NCBI GenBank assembly: GCA_026390345.1
Contig: JAPLGD010000068.1
Span: 24,078-88,077, forward strand
DNA from: Candidatus Bipolaricaulota bacterium
GTDB taxonomy: Bacteria; Bipolaricaulota; Bipolaricaulia; UBA7950; UBA9294
DNA: 64,000 bases
Reading direction: 5' to 3'
In this document: one piece after another, positions 1 through 8,927 of the stretch
Position numbering within the stretch: the stretch's first letter is position 1
Layout: each line of letters opens with the position of its first letter
Position numbers and translations under genes: made by a program
Notes under the pieces: generated by a model
Seen by the model: the letters and a program-made list of their open reading frames with translations, nothing else
What the model was told of the DNA's origin: nothing
The model's database searches: none

Positions 1-582
1 CCGACGGCCGAACTCGGTCCCGATTTCGCTCTCGATGAGGGAACCACGGTTCGCCTGACCCCCGTCGTCGCCGATCCCGAGTGCGACAACCTGACCTACT
101 GCTGGACCGTGACGGCCGGCACGCTCGTCGGAGCGAACGACGCGACCCCGACGTTCACGGCCCCCATGACGAACGACTGCGCGGGGACTTCGCTGGTCAT
201 CACGCTGACAGTGACGGACCCGTGCGGGCTCCAGGCCAAGGACTCGGTCACCGTCCACGTGCGCAACGTCAACGGCGCGCCGACGGTTGAGTTGGGAGAT
301 CCGGTCTGCCTGATGGAAGGAGCGCCGCTCCATCTCATCCCCACGGTCTCCGATCCGGATGGCGACCCGCTCATCTACGCGTGGTGCGTCTCGGCGGGTA
401 AGCTTGACAGCTCCTGCGCCGGGGCACCGGTCTTCATCGCCCCCGTCGTCAAGGACTGCACGGGCATGGACGTCACCGTGACCCTCGTGGTCACCGATCC
501 TTGCGGGCTCACGGCCACGGACACGCTCGTTCTGCACATCGGCAACGTCAACACGCCGCCCACGGTGACGGCGGATCCGTAG
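1..582 (+). CDS. Partial (5' end cut by the window edge) secreted repeat protein with two ~95-aa PKD/Ig-like repeat units
   Basis: The frame is open from nt 1 to a TAG at 580-582. The internal repeat shares DPxGDxLxYxW ... TVTDPCGL ... NVNxxPTV motifs. GC3-rich codon usage. Confidence 0.6.
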   Translation, partial: PTAELGPDFALDEGTTVRLTPVVADPECDNLTYCWTVTAGTLVGANDATPTFTAPMTNDCAGTSLVITLTVTDPCGLQAKDSVTVHVRNVNGAPTVELGDPVCLMEGAPLHLIPTVSDPDGDPLIYAWCVSAGKLDSSCAGAPVFIAPVVKDCTGMDVTVTLVVTDPCGLTATDTLVLHIGNVNTPPTVTADP

Positions 583-615
583 CCAAGAACGCGCCATCCT
601 TAGAGCGGACCTAAC

Positions 616-660
616 GATCTGCTCCGCCCCTCACAAAGGGGCGGAGCAGATCCTCTTTCT
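616..660 (+). terminator. Intrinsic-terminator-like hairpin with a 15-bp perfect stem, loop tcacaaa, followed by CTCTTTCT
   Basis: GATCTGCTCCGCCCC-tcacaaa-GGGGCGGAGCAGATC lies 34 nt after the TAG of the upstream + gene. The right arm and loop overlap the stop codon and last codons of the convergent minus-strand gene. Confidence 0.45.
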
Positions 661-1164
661 CGCCTCGCACTCGAGCGCCCCAAGATCCGCAAGAACACGC
701 GCCCCGATCGGGTTCTCGCCCGCGAGGGCATGGGCGACGTGAAGGTGGAGGCACTTGACGCACCGGAGGTCGGCGACGCCGCCGATCCCTCGGTCGAGAA
801 GCCCGCGCAGCATCCCGCGCGCTGCCAGGGTCGCCCGGTCCTCAGCTGACAGGCGTGCCGCTCGGAGCTCGATGTAGACGCGGTGCGCCCTCTCGAAGTC
901 CGCGCGAAGCCGGTCGTCCCGCCGCACGTCGTCCTCCAGGCGGGCCACCCATCCGGCGGACTCCACAGCAGACACTGCGCGCCGCAGGTGTGGGCACGTG
1001 AGCCAGTAGAGGGTTGGGAACGGAGCCCCGTCGACCACGGGGTGAACCACGACGACCTGAGGACAACCGAACCGACAGCGGCGAGCGATCCCATCGACGC
1101 CGCGCGGAGCACGGCCGATCTGGCGCCGGACGACGAGGAGGTCGTCTACTCTCGCCAGGTCCAC
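631..1164 (-). CDS. Conserved hypothetical protein, DUF501-like (GAPFPTLYWLTCPHL and CVKCLH motifs)
   Basis: The C-terminal 177 aa of ORF 631..1902 have protein-like composition. A GTG at 1164 is preceded by GAGGA. The ORF overlaps the upstream gene's stop by 19 nt. The N-terminal part of the tracked ORF is Arg-rich read-through. Confidence 0.55.
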   Translation of the reverse strand: MDLARVDDLLVVRRQIGRAPRGVDGIARRCRFGCPQVVVVHPVVDGAPFPTLYWLTCPHLRRAVSAVESAGWVARLEDDVRRDDRLRADFERAHRVYIELRAARLSAEDRATLAARGMLRGLLDRGIGGVADLRCVKCLHLHVAHALAGENPIGARVLADLGALECEARKRICSAPL

Positions 1165-1886
1165 GTCGGATCCTCGTACCGCCCCAGGCGGAGGGTCTCC
1201 GCCCGCTCGACTTCCTCCGCGGTCAGTCCATCTCCGCCGTCCGGATCGCCGAGGACGCGAGTCAGAGCCGAACCCAGCGCGGCCGCGGCCTCTTGCGGAC
1301 CGACTCGACGACCCAGGAGCTCCGAGAGCGTCGTCGTGGGCCTCGGCCGCGAAGGGATCTGCGTCGGAGCGTAGCCTGCCCGCAGCGCGCGCAGGTAGCG
1401 CTCCATCGGGACGGCGTCCGGCTCGAGGAGCAACGTGCAGTGGTAGAGGACCGCGCGGCCTCGCCTCGCTTGGGCCGCGCCGGACAGCTTGCCGAGACGG
1501 CTCACGACCGCGGTCCCCTCCGCGCGCGCATCGGCTCCCATCCCGCAGACCGCACCGGCGACGCACGCGCCGAGGCGCTCGAACGCTTCTTCGACTCCTC
1601 CGGCGGCCTCGCTCGGGACGACCACGGAAACGTTCAGGTTGCCGGGGTAGTGAAGGACGGCGCCCCCGCCCGAGGCGCGTCGCACGACAGGGACGCCCGC
1701 TCGCTCGACGGCCGCGAGATCGACCTCGTCCGCAACCCGCTGGGACCGCCCAATCACGACGGCTCGATCCCCGATCCAGAAGCGGAGGATCGGCTCGCCG
1801 CCGCCGCGCACTGATTCTAGGAGGGCCTCGTCCAACGCCAGCCCGCGGCTTGCGGGCTCCGGCAAGAGGTCTATCCGCCGCCTCAT
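1146..1886 (-). CDS. Lipoate-protein ligase family protein, catalytic BPL/LPL domain only (LipL/LipM/LplA-N-like, 246 aa)
   Basis: The internal ATG at 1886 forms an ATGA overlap with the lipA stop (tcat at 1883-1886 on +). Motifs RFWIGDRAVVIGRSQ and GGGAVLHYPGNLNVSVVVP match the family. There is no C-terminal LplA accessory domain. Confidence 0.75.
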   Translation of the reverse strand: MRRRIDLLPEPASRGLALDEALLESVRGGGEPILRFWIGDRAVVIGRSQRVADEVDLAAVERAGVPVVRRASGGGAVLHYPGNLNVSVVVPSEAAGGVEEAFERLGACVAGAVCGMGADARAEGTAVVSRLGKLSGAAQARRGRAVLYHCTLLLEPDAVPMERYLRALRAGYAPTQIPSRPRPTTTLSELLGRRVGPQEAAAALGSALTRVLGDPDGGDGLTAEEVERAETLRLGRYEDPTWTWRE

Positions 1887-2824
1887 CGGGCTCCGTACAC
1901 AACCTGGGCGTGGTACGAGCTTCGAACCAGGGGTCCCGCGATGACCCACGAGAACCCGATCTCCCTCGCCTCGCCCTCGATCTCTCGGAACTCCTCCGGC
2001 GGCACGTACCGACGAAGCGGCGCCGACGACGAGGTCGGGGGAAGGTACTGGCCGATCGTCACCCAGCTGGTCCCCGCTTCGTGCAGGTCCCCGAGCGCTT
2101 CGCGGATCTCGCTGCGCCGCTCTCCCAGTCCCAGCATGAGACCGCTCTTGATCGCCCTCCCCCTCGCCCCCGTGCGAAGGAACTGAAGGACGTCGAGCGA
2201 TTGCTGGTACGACGCCCGGCGGTCGCGGAGCGCGGGCGTCAACCGCGCCACGGTCTCGAGGTTGTGCCCCAGGATGTCGGCTTCGCACGCCATCACGCGA
2301 AGCAGCCATCGCGGGTCGCCGGAGAAGTCCGGAAGCAGGAGCTCGACCACGCTTCCCGGCGATGCCCGCTTGATTTCGAGCACCGTCTCGACGAACGCGG
2401 CGGCTCCTCCGTCGGGGAGGTCGTCCCGATCCACCGACGTGAGAACGACGTGCTGCAGTTTGAGGTCCCGCACCGCCGCGCCGACTCGCGCCGGCTCGCC
2501 TCGGTCGAGGGCGCCTTCCGGACTCCCCGTCTTGACCGCGCAGAACCTGCACCCGCGCGTACAGATGTCGCCCAGGATCATGAACGTCGCCGTCCCCGCG
2601 CTCCAACACTCAACCGCGTTCGGGCACAGGGCGCCCTGGCAGATCGTCCTGAGTCGGTGTTGGGCCAGGACCTGCCGCACGACGCGCATCCTCTCGGCCG
2701 CCGCCGGCGTTGGAACGTGGACCTTCAGCCACTCCGGTCGTTCAGGCACAGACCCGCTCCTCAAGATCCGCGAGCGCGCGGCGTTCGAGTCGCCAGTCGA
2801 GCAGGCGAGCGAGGTTGGCCGCAA
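1883..2824 (-). CDS. lipA: Lipoyl synthase (radical SAM)
   Basis: RPEWLK, CPNAVECW...GTATFMILGDICTRGCRFCAV and other LipA signature stretches. The TTG start at 2824 overlaps lipB by 83 nt; a later in-frame GTG at 2749 is an alternative start. Confidence 0.85.
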   Translation of the reverse strand: MRPTSLACSTGDSNAARSRILRSGSVPERPEWLKVHVPTPAAAERMRVVRQVLAQHRLRTICQGALCPNAVECWSAGTATFMILGDICTRGCRFCAVKTGSPEGALDRGEPARVGAAVRDLKLQHVVLTSVDRDDLPDGGAAAFVETVLEIKRASPGSVVELLLPDFSGDPRWLLRVMACEADILGHNLETVARLTPALRDRRASYQQSLDVLQFLRTGARGRAIKSGLMLGLGERRSEIREALGDLHEAGTSWVTIGQYLPPTSSSAPLRRYVPPEEFREIEGEAREIGFSWVIAGPLVRSSYHAQVVYGAR

Positions 2825-3389
2825 AGGCCTCCTCGACCTCTCCCACGCCGATCGGCCGCGCCAGGAGCTCGCTCATCGACACCGTCTTCACCGGAAGACC
2901 GCACGGGTTGATCATCCCGAAGTGAGCTGGGTCGACGTTCACGTTCAGCGCGAGACCGTGGCGCGTCACCCATTCCTTCACGTAGATGCCGACCGAGGCG
3001 ATCTTCCCCTCCTGTACCCACACGCCCGGGAATCCCGCACGTGGTCCGGCGTCGATGCCAAACCCGCGAAGCGTGTCGATCGCCGCGCCCTCCAGCGTCC
3101 CCACGTAGCGCTTCACGTCTCGCCCGTGGCACCGCAAATCGACGATCGGGTAGGCGACCAGCTGCCCGGGGCCGTGGTACGTCATGTCCCCGCCGCGCTC
3201 CACGTCAATCACGGGGATCGCCGCGCGGTCGACGTCCTCGGCCGAGACGAGGTACTCCACTGGCCCGGCGCTGCGCCCCCGCGTGAAGACCGGGTCGTGC
3301 TCGACCGTAAGAAGGACGTCGGGGAGTCCTCCCTCGACGCGGAGGGCATGCACGCGACGCTGAATCCCGAGAGCCCGGCCGTACTCCAT
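2742..3389 (-). CDS. lipB: Octanoyltransferase (lipoyl(octanoyl) transferase)
   Basis: MEYGRALGIQRRVHALRVEGGLPDVLLTVEHDPVFTRG ... ERGGDMTYHGPGQLVAYPIVDL ... KIASVGIYVKEWVTRHGLALNVNVD matches LipB. ATG at 3389; a GTG at 3404 is an alternative. The longer tracked ORF would overlap the upstream gene. Confidence 0.8.
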   Translation of the reverse strand: MEYGRALGIQRRVHALRVEGGLPDVLLTVEHDPVFTRGRSAGPVEYLVSAEDVDRAAIPVIDVERGGDMTYHGPGQLVAYPIVDLRCHGRDVKRYVGTLEGAAIDTLRGFGIDAGPRAGFPGVWVQEGKIASVGIYVKEWVTRHGLALNVNVDPAHFGMINPCGLPVKTVSMSELLARPIGVGEVEEAFAANLARLLDWRLERRALADLEERVCA

Positions 3390-3417
3390 TCGCCCGAGCG
3401 GCACATGGAACGCGGTC

Positions 3418-3663
3418 TCACTCTGTCGTGATGTCGCCGAGTCGGTCACCGACCTGCACCCGCTTCCCTTCCTCCGCCGCGATGCTCGCCAAGCGCCCCG
3501 ACGCGGGAGCCGGCACCACGAACGTCGTCTTCTCGGTCTCGACCTCGAGGAGGTCATCGCCCTCCTGCACCGCGTCGCCGACACCTCGGAGCCACCCGAC
3601 CACGACCGCGCCCTCGATCTCGCCGAGATCGGGAAGGAGAACCTCCGTCGTCGCCCGCTTCAT
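3418..3663 (-). CDS. Stand-alone lipoyl/biotinyl-attachment domain protein (81 aa) with an EVETEK lipoyl-lysine motif
   Basis: LPDLGEIEGAVVVGWL...GDDLLEVETEKTTFVVPAPASGRL is a canonical E2-type lipoyl domain. It is the first gene of the lipB-lipA-ligase operon. Confidence 0.7.
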   Translation of the reverse strand: MKRATTEVLLPDLGEIEGAVVVGWLRGVGDAVQEGDDLLEVETEKTTFVVPAPASGRLASIAAEEGKRVQVGDRLGDITTE

Positions 3664-3759
3664 GTCGCCGTCCTTTCGCGCGGAGTCTAGCCGATCCTCC
3701 TCCCACGGTCATCTTGTCATCCCGCGGCCTCGCTCCTATAGTTGCCGCGAGGTGATCGC

Positions 3760-4848
3760 ATGGGCTTCGCGTGTGGTCTGGTCGGGCTTCCCAACGCAGG
3801 GAAGTCGACGATCTTCAACGCGCTGGCCAACGCCGGCGCACGCGTCGAGTGCTACCCCTTCTGCACCATCGAAGCCAACGTCGGTTCGGCCGCCGTCCCC
3901 GACACGCGCCTCGATCGGCTCGCCACGCTCTTCCCGGAGAAGAAGAAGGTGCCGACCCACCTCGACGTCATCGACATCGCGGGCCTCGTCCAAGGGGCCA
4001 GCGAGGGAGAGGGAATGGGAAACCAGTTCCTCTCCGAGATCCGAGTCGTCGACGCGATCCTTCACATCGTTCGTTGCTTCGAAGATCCGAACGTCGCCCA
4101 CGTGACGGGATCGATCGACCCTCTGCGGGACATCGGGATCGTCGAGACGGAGCTCCTGCTCAAGGATCACGAGACCCTGAGCCGTGTCGCCGCGCGTCTC
4201 CACGGGGAGTCCCGAGGCCCCGATCGACACGCGCCCGCCCGCGAGGCGGCCTGGAACGTGCTCGTCGAACAGGTCGCCAGGGGACATCCCGTGCGATCCG
4301 TCCCCATCGCACACGAGATTGCCGACCTCGTCCGGGAAACGTCGCCTCTCACGGCAAAGCCGTGCTTGTTCGTCGCCAACGTTGACGACGGCGGAGAGAA
4401 CGAGTACTCCCGGGCCGTGTTCGCCGCCGCGCGCGAACGAGGGGCCGAGGCCGTCATGCTGCGAGGGCGCCTCGAGGCCGAGATCGGCGAGGCCTGCTCG
4501 ACGCCCGAGGAGCGCGCCGCGTACCTAGGCGAGTACGGTCTCTCCGAGACCGGACTCACCGCCCTTGTCCGCGCCGGGTACCGTCTCCTCAACCTCATCA
4601 CGTTCTTCACCGTCGAGGGCCCCGAGGTCCGCGCCTGGACCGTTCCGGTCGGAACGACCGCGCGTGCCGCGGGCGGCAAGATCCACTCCGACTTCGCCGA
4701 TCGGTTCGTCGTGGCCGAAGTGATGACCCTCGACGACCTTCTCCGCACCGGCTCCGAGAAGGTGCTCCGAGACGCAGGGAAGATCCGACGTGCAGGGCAC
4801 GACGCGCTCATCGCCGATGGGGAAGTCGTCCACTTCGTGTGCGCATGA
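3760..4848 (+). CDS. ychF: Ribosome-binding ATPase YchF (Obg family)
   Basis: MGFACGLVGLPNAGKSTIFNAL ... DIAGLV ... and a C-terminal TGS-like region. ATG at 3760 is preceded by GAGGTGA. Confidence 0.9.
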   Translation: MGFACGLVGLPNAGKSTIFNALANAGARVECYPFCTIEANVGSAAVPDTRLDRLATLFPEKKKVPTHLDVIDIAGLVQGASEGEGMGNQFLSEIRVVDAILHIVRCFEDPNVAHVTGSIDPLRDIGIVETELLLKDHETLSRVAARLHGESRGPDRHAPAREAAWNVLVEQVARGHPVRSVPIAHEIADLVRETSPLTAKPCLFVANVDDGGENEYSRAVFAAARERGAEAVMLRGRLEAEIGEACSTPEERAAYLGEYGLSETGLTALVRAGYRLLNLITFFTVEGPEVRAWTVPVGTTARAAGGKIHSDFADRFVVAEVMTLDDLLRTGSEKVLRDAGKIRRAGHDALIADGEVVHFVCA

Positions 4849-5462
4849 TTCCCACGGTGCTTGCGTACGACGACCCGCGCGTTCCCGGTCTCGTGGTCGA
4901 GGCCCTCGAGACCGGGCTCACGCTCGTCTTCCCGACGGACACGATCTACGGAATCGGGGGAAACCCGTGGGATGAGGCTGTGCTGCAACAGGTGCGCCGC
5001 CTCAAGGGGCGTGATTCCGAACAGCCGTTCACGCTTCACCTCGGCTCAGTAGACGCCGTGGAGGCATTCGCCGTCCTCACCGATCGTCAACGGGCGTCCG
5101 TCCGATCGCTCGTCCCCGGACCCTACACCCTTCTCCTCGCGGCTCGGTCCGACGCCCCAACCTCGGCCGTCCAGAACGGCACCGTTGGAATCCGAGTCCC
5201 CGACCATCCGTTCTTCGCGCGCATCATGGCGACGCTCGGCCGTCCGCTCTTCGGGACGAGCGTGAACCCGCACGGCCTTCCGCCACTCTCGGACGTGAAC
5301 GAGATCATCGACCGGTTCCCGTCGATCGACATCATCTTGACGGGGCCCATCGGCGGCCGTCCCTCCGACATCATCGACATGACCGCCGACCCGCCGCGCG
5401 CTGTTCGCGGAACCCTCCCGCCCCAGCTCGCCGCGTCGGGCGACAAGTCCGGCACGGGCTAG
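4845..5462 (+). CDS. tsaC: L-threonylcarbamoyladenylate synthase (YrdC/Sua5 domain)
   Basis: ATG at 4845 overlaps the ychF TGA (ATGA). Motifs FPTDTIYGIGGNP and RLKGR match the YrdC family. Confidence 0.8.
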   Translation: MIPTVLAYDDPRVPGLVVEALETGLTLVFPTDTIYGIGGNPWDEAVLQQVRRLKGRDSEQPFTLHLGSVDAVEAFAVLTDRQRASVRSLVPGPYTLLLAARSDAPTSAVQNGTVGIRVPDHPFFARIMATLGRPLFGTSVNPHGLPPLSDVNEIIDRFPSIDIILTGPIGGRPSDIIDMTADPPRAVRGTLPPQLAASGDKSGTG

Positions 5463-6367
5463 ACGAGGAACAACGCCGCCACTCCGGCCACCGTCAGCGC
5501 CGTTCCCACGTAGGCTCGCCATGTCGGCCGTTCGCCGAACGCAAGGGGCGACACCGGGAGGAGGAAGACGGGGGTGACGGCCATCAGGGTTGACGCCACG
5601 CCGACGGAGGCGTTGGCCAGTGCCACGAGGGAGAAGGTTACGCCGAGGAACGGCCCGAACACCGAGCCCACGCCCGTCGCAACCGCCGCCCGCCGATCGC
5701 GGAGCGCTTCGAAGGTTCTTGCCCAGCCGCGATTCCGGCCCGCGACGGCCCAGGCGGCGACCGTTGCCGCCAGGATCTGGATGAGATTCGTGGACACGGG
5801 CGGGAACCCGCCACGCATCCCTTCGACGGACAGCAGGTACCGGGTCGCCTGAGCGACGACCGCTCCAAGAGCGAACAGGAGGCCGAGCTTGAGGCTCCCC
5901 TTGGCTGTGCCGGGCTTGGCGTCGGTCCGTCGCCCCGCCAAGACGAGGAGAGTCCCGCCCACGACTCCCGCGCTCGCCACGACCTCCGTCCAGCCCAAGC
6001 GTTCGCCGAACGCGGCCCAGGCGAGGAGCGTGCTCACGACGGGGACGAGCGCCGCAAGCATCGAAGTCCGGTGGGCGCCAAGATGGAACAGGGCGCGGTA
6101 CAGAAACGCGTCGCCGATCGCGAACCCGATCACCCCGGAGAGCGACAGCCACAGCCAGCGGCTCGGCTCGGCCTCCAGCGGGATGAGTGTCCCTGTGAGG
6201 ATGAGGTGTGTAGCGACGAGGAGAACGAGGGCGAACAACAGCCGCAGCCGGTTCAGCGCGTCGGCGCCGATTCGGCGCACGGCGAGCGTGAACGCCGTGT
6301 AGCTCCCGGTCCACAGCGCCGCGGTCCCGAGCGCCGCGAGCGCACCCAAGCGGTCAGGCGAGATCAT
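5459..6367 (-). CDS. EamA/DMT-family transporter (drug/metabolite exporter), 10 predicted TM helices
   Basis: Hydrophobic protein with a duplicated EamA-like architecture. ATG at 6367 lies 3 nt after the stop of the upstream lyase gene. Confidence 0.8.
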   Translation of the reverse strand: MISPDRLGALAALGTAALWTGSYTAFTLAVRRIGADALNRLRLLFALVLLVATHLILTGTLIPLEAEPSRWLWLSLSGVIGFAIGDAFLYRALFHLGAHRTSMLAALVPVVSTLLAWAAFGERLGWTEVVASAGVVGGTLLVLAGRRTDAKPGTAKGSLKLGLLFALGAVVAQATRYLLSVEGMRGGFPPVSTNLIQILAATVAAWAVAGRNRGWARTFEALRDRRAAVATGVGSVFGPFLGVTFSLVALANASVGVASTLMAVTPVFLLPVSPLAFGERPTWRAYVGTALTVAGVAALFLV

Positions 6368-6370
6368 GAC

Positions 6371-7753
6371 CTACTTCCGGGGAACGATCTCGAATCGAGC
6401 GACGAAGTGGCGGAGCGGGCCTTCCCCCTCAACGATCTTGTACCCCGGGAGCGACTTCGCCTTGCGGGCGACTGCCTCGCCCCCTCGGATCACGGCGTCG
6501 AAGTGCGTCCTGGTGTACATCCGCCGCGGGATGGCGAGGCGCACCATCTCGAGGCGCGGATACACGGTGCGCCCCTCCGCATCGGGATGAGCGAACATCA
6601 CGCTCCCGATCTCGACGCCTCGCACGCCGGCCTCGAGGTAGAACGCGTTCGTCACGGCAAGAGCGGGGAACGCCGCCTGCGGGAATCCCGGAAGCAGTCC
6701 CAGGGCGTCGATGTAGACCGCGTGGCCGCCGATCGGCTCGATGATTGGAACTCCTCGGTCCTTGAGGCCCTCACCCAAGTAGCGGGCCTGTCCGACCCGG
6801 TCGGCGAGGTACGCCGGATCGAGCGCCTCGCGGAGACCGACGGCGATCGATTCCAGATCCCGCCCCGCAAGGCCCCCGTACGTCGGGAACCCTTCCATCA
6901 GGATGAGCCGCTCCCGCGCCGCCTCGAACAGGTCGCGATCGTTCATCGCGAGGATCCCACCGATGTTCGCCAGCCCATCTTTCTTGGCGCTCATCGTCAT
7001 GCCGTCGGCAAGCGAGAAGATCTCCCGCGCGATCTCGAGCGGCGTCTTGTCCGCGTACCCCGGCTCCCGCTCGCGGATGAAGAAGATGTTCTCTGCGAAT
7101 CGGCACGCGTCGATGAAGAGAAGCAGCCCGTGTCGGTGGGCGATTTGGCTCACCTCGCGCAGGTTCTCGAGCGACACGGGTTGGCCGCCGGCGCTGTTGT
7201 TCGTGATGGTCATCATCACGAACGGGATGCGCTCCGTGCCCACCTCAGCGATCAGCTTCTCCAGTTTCGCCGGATCGAGATTCCCCTTGAACGGGTGCAG
7301 CGTGCGCGGCTCGTAGGCAACGTCGATCGGCAGGTCCACCGGATCGCCGCCGTTCGCGAGGAGGTTCGCCCGCGTCGTGTCGAAGTGCATGTTGTTCGGA
7401 ACGACGTGCCCGGGCCTCACGACGGCCGAGAAGAGCACGTTCTCCGCCGCTCGTCCCTGGTGCGTGGGAAGGACGTAGCGGAAGCCGAAGATGTCGTCGA
7501 CGGCGGCGCGGAATCGGTCGTAGCTCCGGCTGCCGGCGTACGACTCGTCCCCGCGCATCATCGCCGCCCATTGGTCCTGACTGAGCGCCCCCGTCCCGGA
7601 GTCGGTCAGGAGGTCGACGTACACGTCGTCGGCACGCAGGTTGAACACGTTGTAGCCCGCCTCCACGAGGCGCGCTTCCCTCTCTCGAGGGGAAAGCAGG
7701 GTGATCGGTTCGACCACCTTGATGCGGTACGGCTGGTAGATCGCTTCGTCCAT
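6371..7753 (-). CDS. Tryptophanase / tyrosine phenol-lyase family beta-eliminating lyase (PLP-dependent)
   Basis: Near-complete motif match to TnaA/TPL ([58 protein letters not shown]). ATG at 7753 is preceded by GAAAGG. A GTG at 7783 is a longer alternative start. Confidence 0.85.
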   Translation of the reverse strand: MDEAIYQPYRIKVVEPITLLSPREREARLVEAGYNVFNLRADDVYVDLLTDSGTGALSQDQWAAMMRGDESYAGSRSYDRFRAAVDDIFGFRYVLPTHQGRAAENVLFSAVVRPGHVVPNNMHFDTTRANLLANGGDPVDLPIDVAYEPRTLHPFKGNLDPAKLEKLIAEVGTERIPFVMMTITNNSAGGQPVSLENLREVSQIAHRHGLLLFIDACRFAENIFFIREREPGYADKTPLEIAREIFSLADGMTMSAKKDGLANIGGILAMNDRDLFEAARERLILMEGFPTYGGLAGRDLESIAVGLREALDPAYLADRVGQARYLGEGLKDRGVPIIEPIGGHAVYIDALGLLPGFPQAAFPALAVTNAFYLEAGVRGVEIGSVMFAHPDAEGRTVYPRLEMVRLAIPRRMYTRTHFDAVIRGGEAVARKAKSLPGYKIVEGEGPLRHFVARFEIVPRK

Positions 7754-7993
7754 CAGACTCGCCTTTCTTAGGGACCACTTCACAAAGAACCCGTTCGTTC
7801 TGCGTCGGCGTTCTGTTCAGGCGCCACGGAACCGCGGACAGGGGATGTTCCGGCGCACGACCTCGAGAGGGTTCGACTTCCGCGTCACCCACCGTGGATT
7901 CGTCCGCATCGACACGGCCAACGTGAACCACCCCCGCGCGAAGAAGAGTCACAGAATGGTAGATGGGTGCCCCCGTCGCGGCAAGGCGATCGG

Positions 7994-8023
7994 TTGACTC
8001 TTCGCGCGTCCGCTTCGTAGAGT
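7994..8023 (+). promoter_or_regulatory. Candidate sigma-70-type promoter (TTGACT, 18 nt spacer, TAGAGT) for the HEAT-repeat gene
   Basis: Hexamers were read directly from the sequence. They lie 22 nt upstream of the GTG at 8045, with GAGGGGGG in between. Confidence 0.3.
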
Positions 8024-8044
8024 ACGGAAGACGAGGGGGGCGGC

Positions 8045-8887
8045 GTGCGGGCGGAGATCGACAGGGCCATTGCGGCAGGTGAAGTCGAGGGACTCGTTCG
8101 TGCGCTCGCGGGTGAGCGCTCTTCCGGGATTCGTTTCGCGGCACGACGAGTCGTCGAGACGACGTCCCAGGACGGCGCGCTGCTCCAACGCACGGCGGAG
8201 CTGGCGCAGAGGCCCGAGGCGCCGGCGCGCCAGCTGGCCTCGATTCTCTGTGTGCACGCCCACGCCGACGCACCCGGTCCGGCGCTCGACCTCTTGTCTC
8301 GCCTCGTCGACGACGGGGAAGCTTCCGTGCGCGACATGGCCGCAGAGTCGGCCGGCCGACTCCTCGAGGCAGAGTTCGTTCACGTCTTGGCTCGAATCGA
8401 GCGGTGGCGAGACGATCCCTCTCCCAGCGTTCGACACGCCGTTCTTGTCGCCGTCACCGGCGCCGCACGTCGAGAGCGTCCCGAGCGGGCCGAGCCGCTC
8501 CTCCGCTTGATCGCCCCTCTCCTCACCGATCGTGATCCCCTCGTCCGCCGCGCGCTCGGCCCTTCGGCCGTCGCCGCCCTCCTGCAGCATTACCCGAGCC
8601 TCGCGTTCGAGCACCTGGTCCAGTGGTCGACGTCGAACGACGAGCAGGTGTTGTGGAACGTCGCCATGGCGTTCACGTCCCCCGCCGCGGCCGACGTCGC
8701 CAAGAAGGCGCTCATCGTGCTGCGGAAGCTGTCCCTCGACGAGCGCCGCTACGTCTGGCGCGCGGTGGCCACCGCCATGTGGAAGCTTGGACGGAAGAGG
8801 CCCGACGTCGTTCGTCCCGAGCTCGCACGTTGGCTCGAGGACGAGGAACGCGTCGACATCGCGCGAGCGGCGCTGACGTACCTCTAG
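8045..8887 (+). CDS. HEAT-repeat protein, possibly of the DNA-alkylation-repair (AlkD-like) type
   Basis: Helical repeats of the type SPSVRHAVL, DRDPLVRRAL and NDEQVLWNVAMA. GTG start after GAGGGGGG. Confidence 0.5.
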   Translation: MRAEIDRAIAAGEVEGLVRALAGERSSGIRFAARRVVETTSQDGALLQRTAELAQRPEAPARQLASILCVHAHADAPGPALDLLSRLVDDGEASVRDMAAESAGRLLEAEFVHVLARIERWRDDPSPSVRHAVLVAVTGAARRERPERAEPLLRLIAPLLTDRDPLVRRALGPSAVAALLQHYPSLAFEHLVQWSTSNDEQVLWNVAMAFTSPAAADVAKKALIVLRKLSLDERRYVWRAVATAMWKLGRKRPDVVRPELARWLEDEERVDIARAALTYL

Positions 8888-8891
8888 TCCT

Positions 8892-8918
8892 GCGCCGGCC
8901 TACGCCGGCGCCTATAAT
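8892..8918 (+). terminator. Hairpin GCGCCGGC-ctac-GCCGGCGC followed by CTATAAT
   Basis: An 8-bp perfect GC stem lies 5 nt after the stop of the HEAT-repeat gene. The TATAAT-like hexamer ends 9 nt before the ATG of the next gene. Confidence 0.35.
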
Positions 8919-8927
8919 GCCGGCGCC

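Noticed and set aside
5046-6314. Long minus-strand ORF (422 aa) and many similar 150-1000 aa ORFs. Examples are 6071-7771+, 7245-8273-, 17716-18942+, 21559-22719-, 22256-23566-, 24185-25801-, 32570-34255+ (N-terminal part), 42280-44310+, 44073-45698+, 46261-47445+, 48848-50503+, 55776-56942+ and 62289-63401+.
   Set aside because: They are Arg/Pro/Gly-rich low-complexity translations lying antisense or out of frame to well-supported genes. Such ORFs are expected in a 68% GC sequence where stop codons are rare. No domain-like motifs were found in them.
7817-7909. TnaC-like leader peptide upstream of the tryptophanase-family gene
   Set aside because: A 30-codon ORF with one Trp exists, but it lacks the conserved TnaC features (a W-x10-P C-terminal stall motif). 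There is no rut-like C-rich spacer and no obvious SD. It is kept only as a low-confidence note within a finding.
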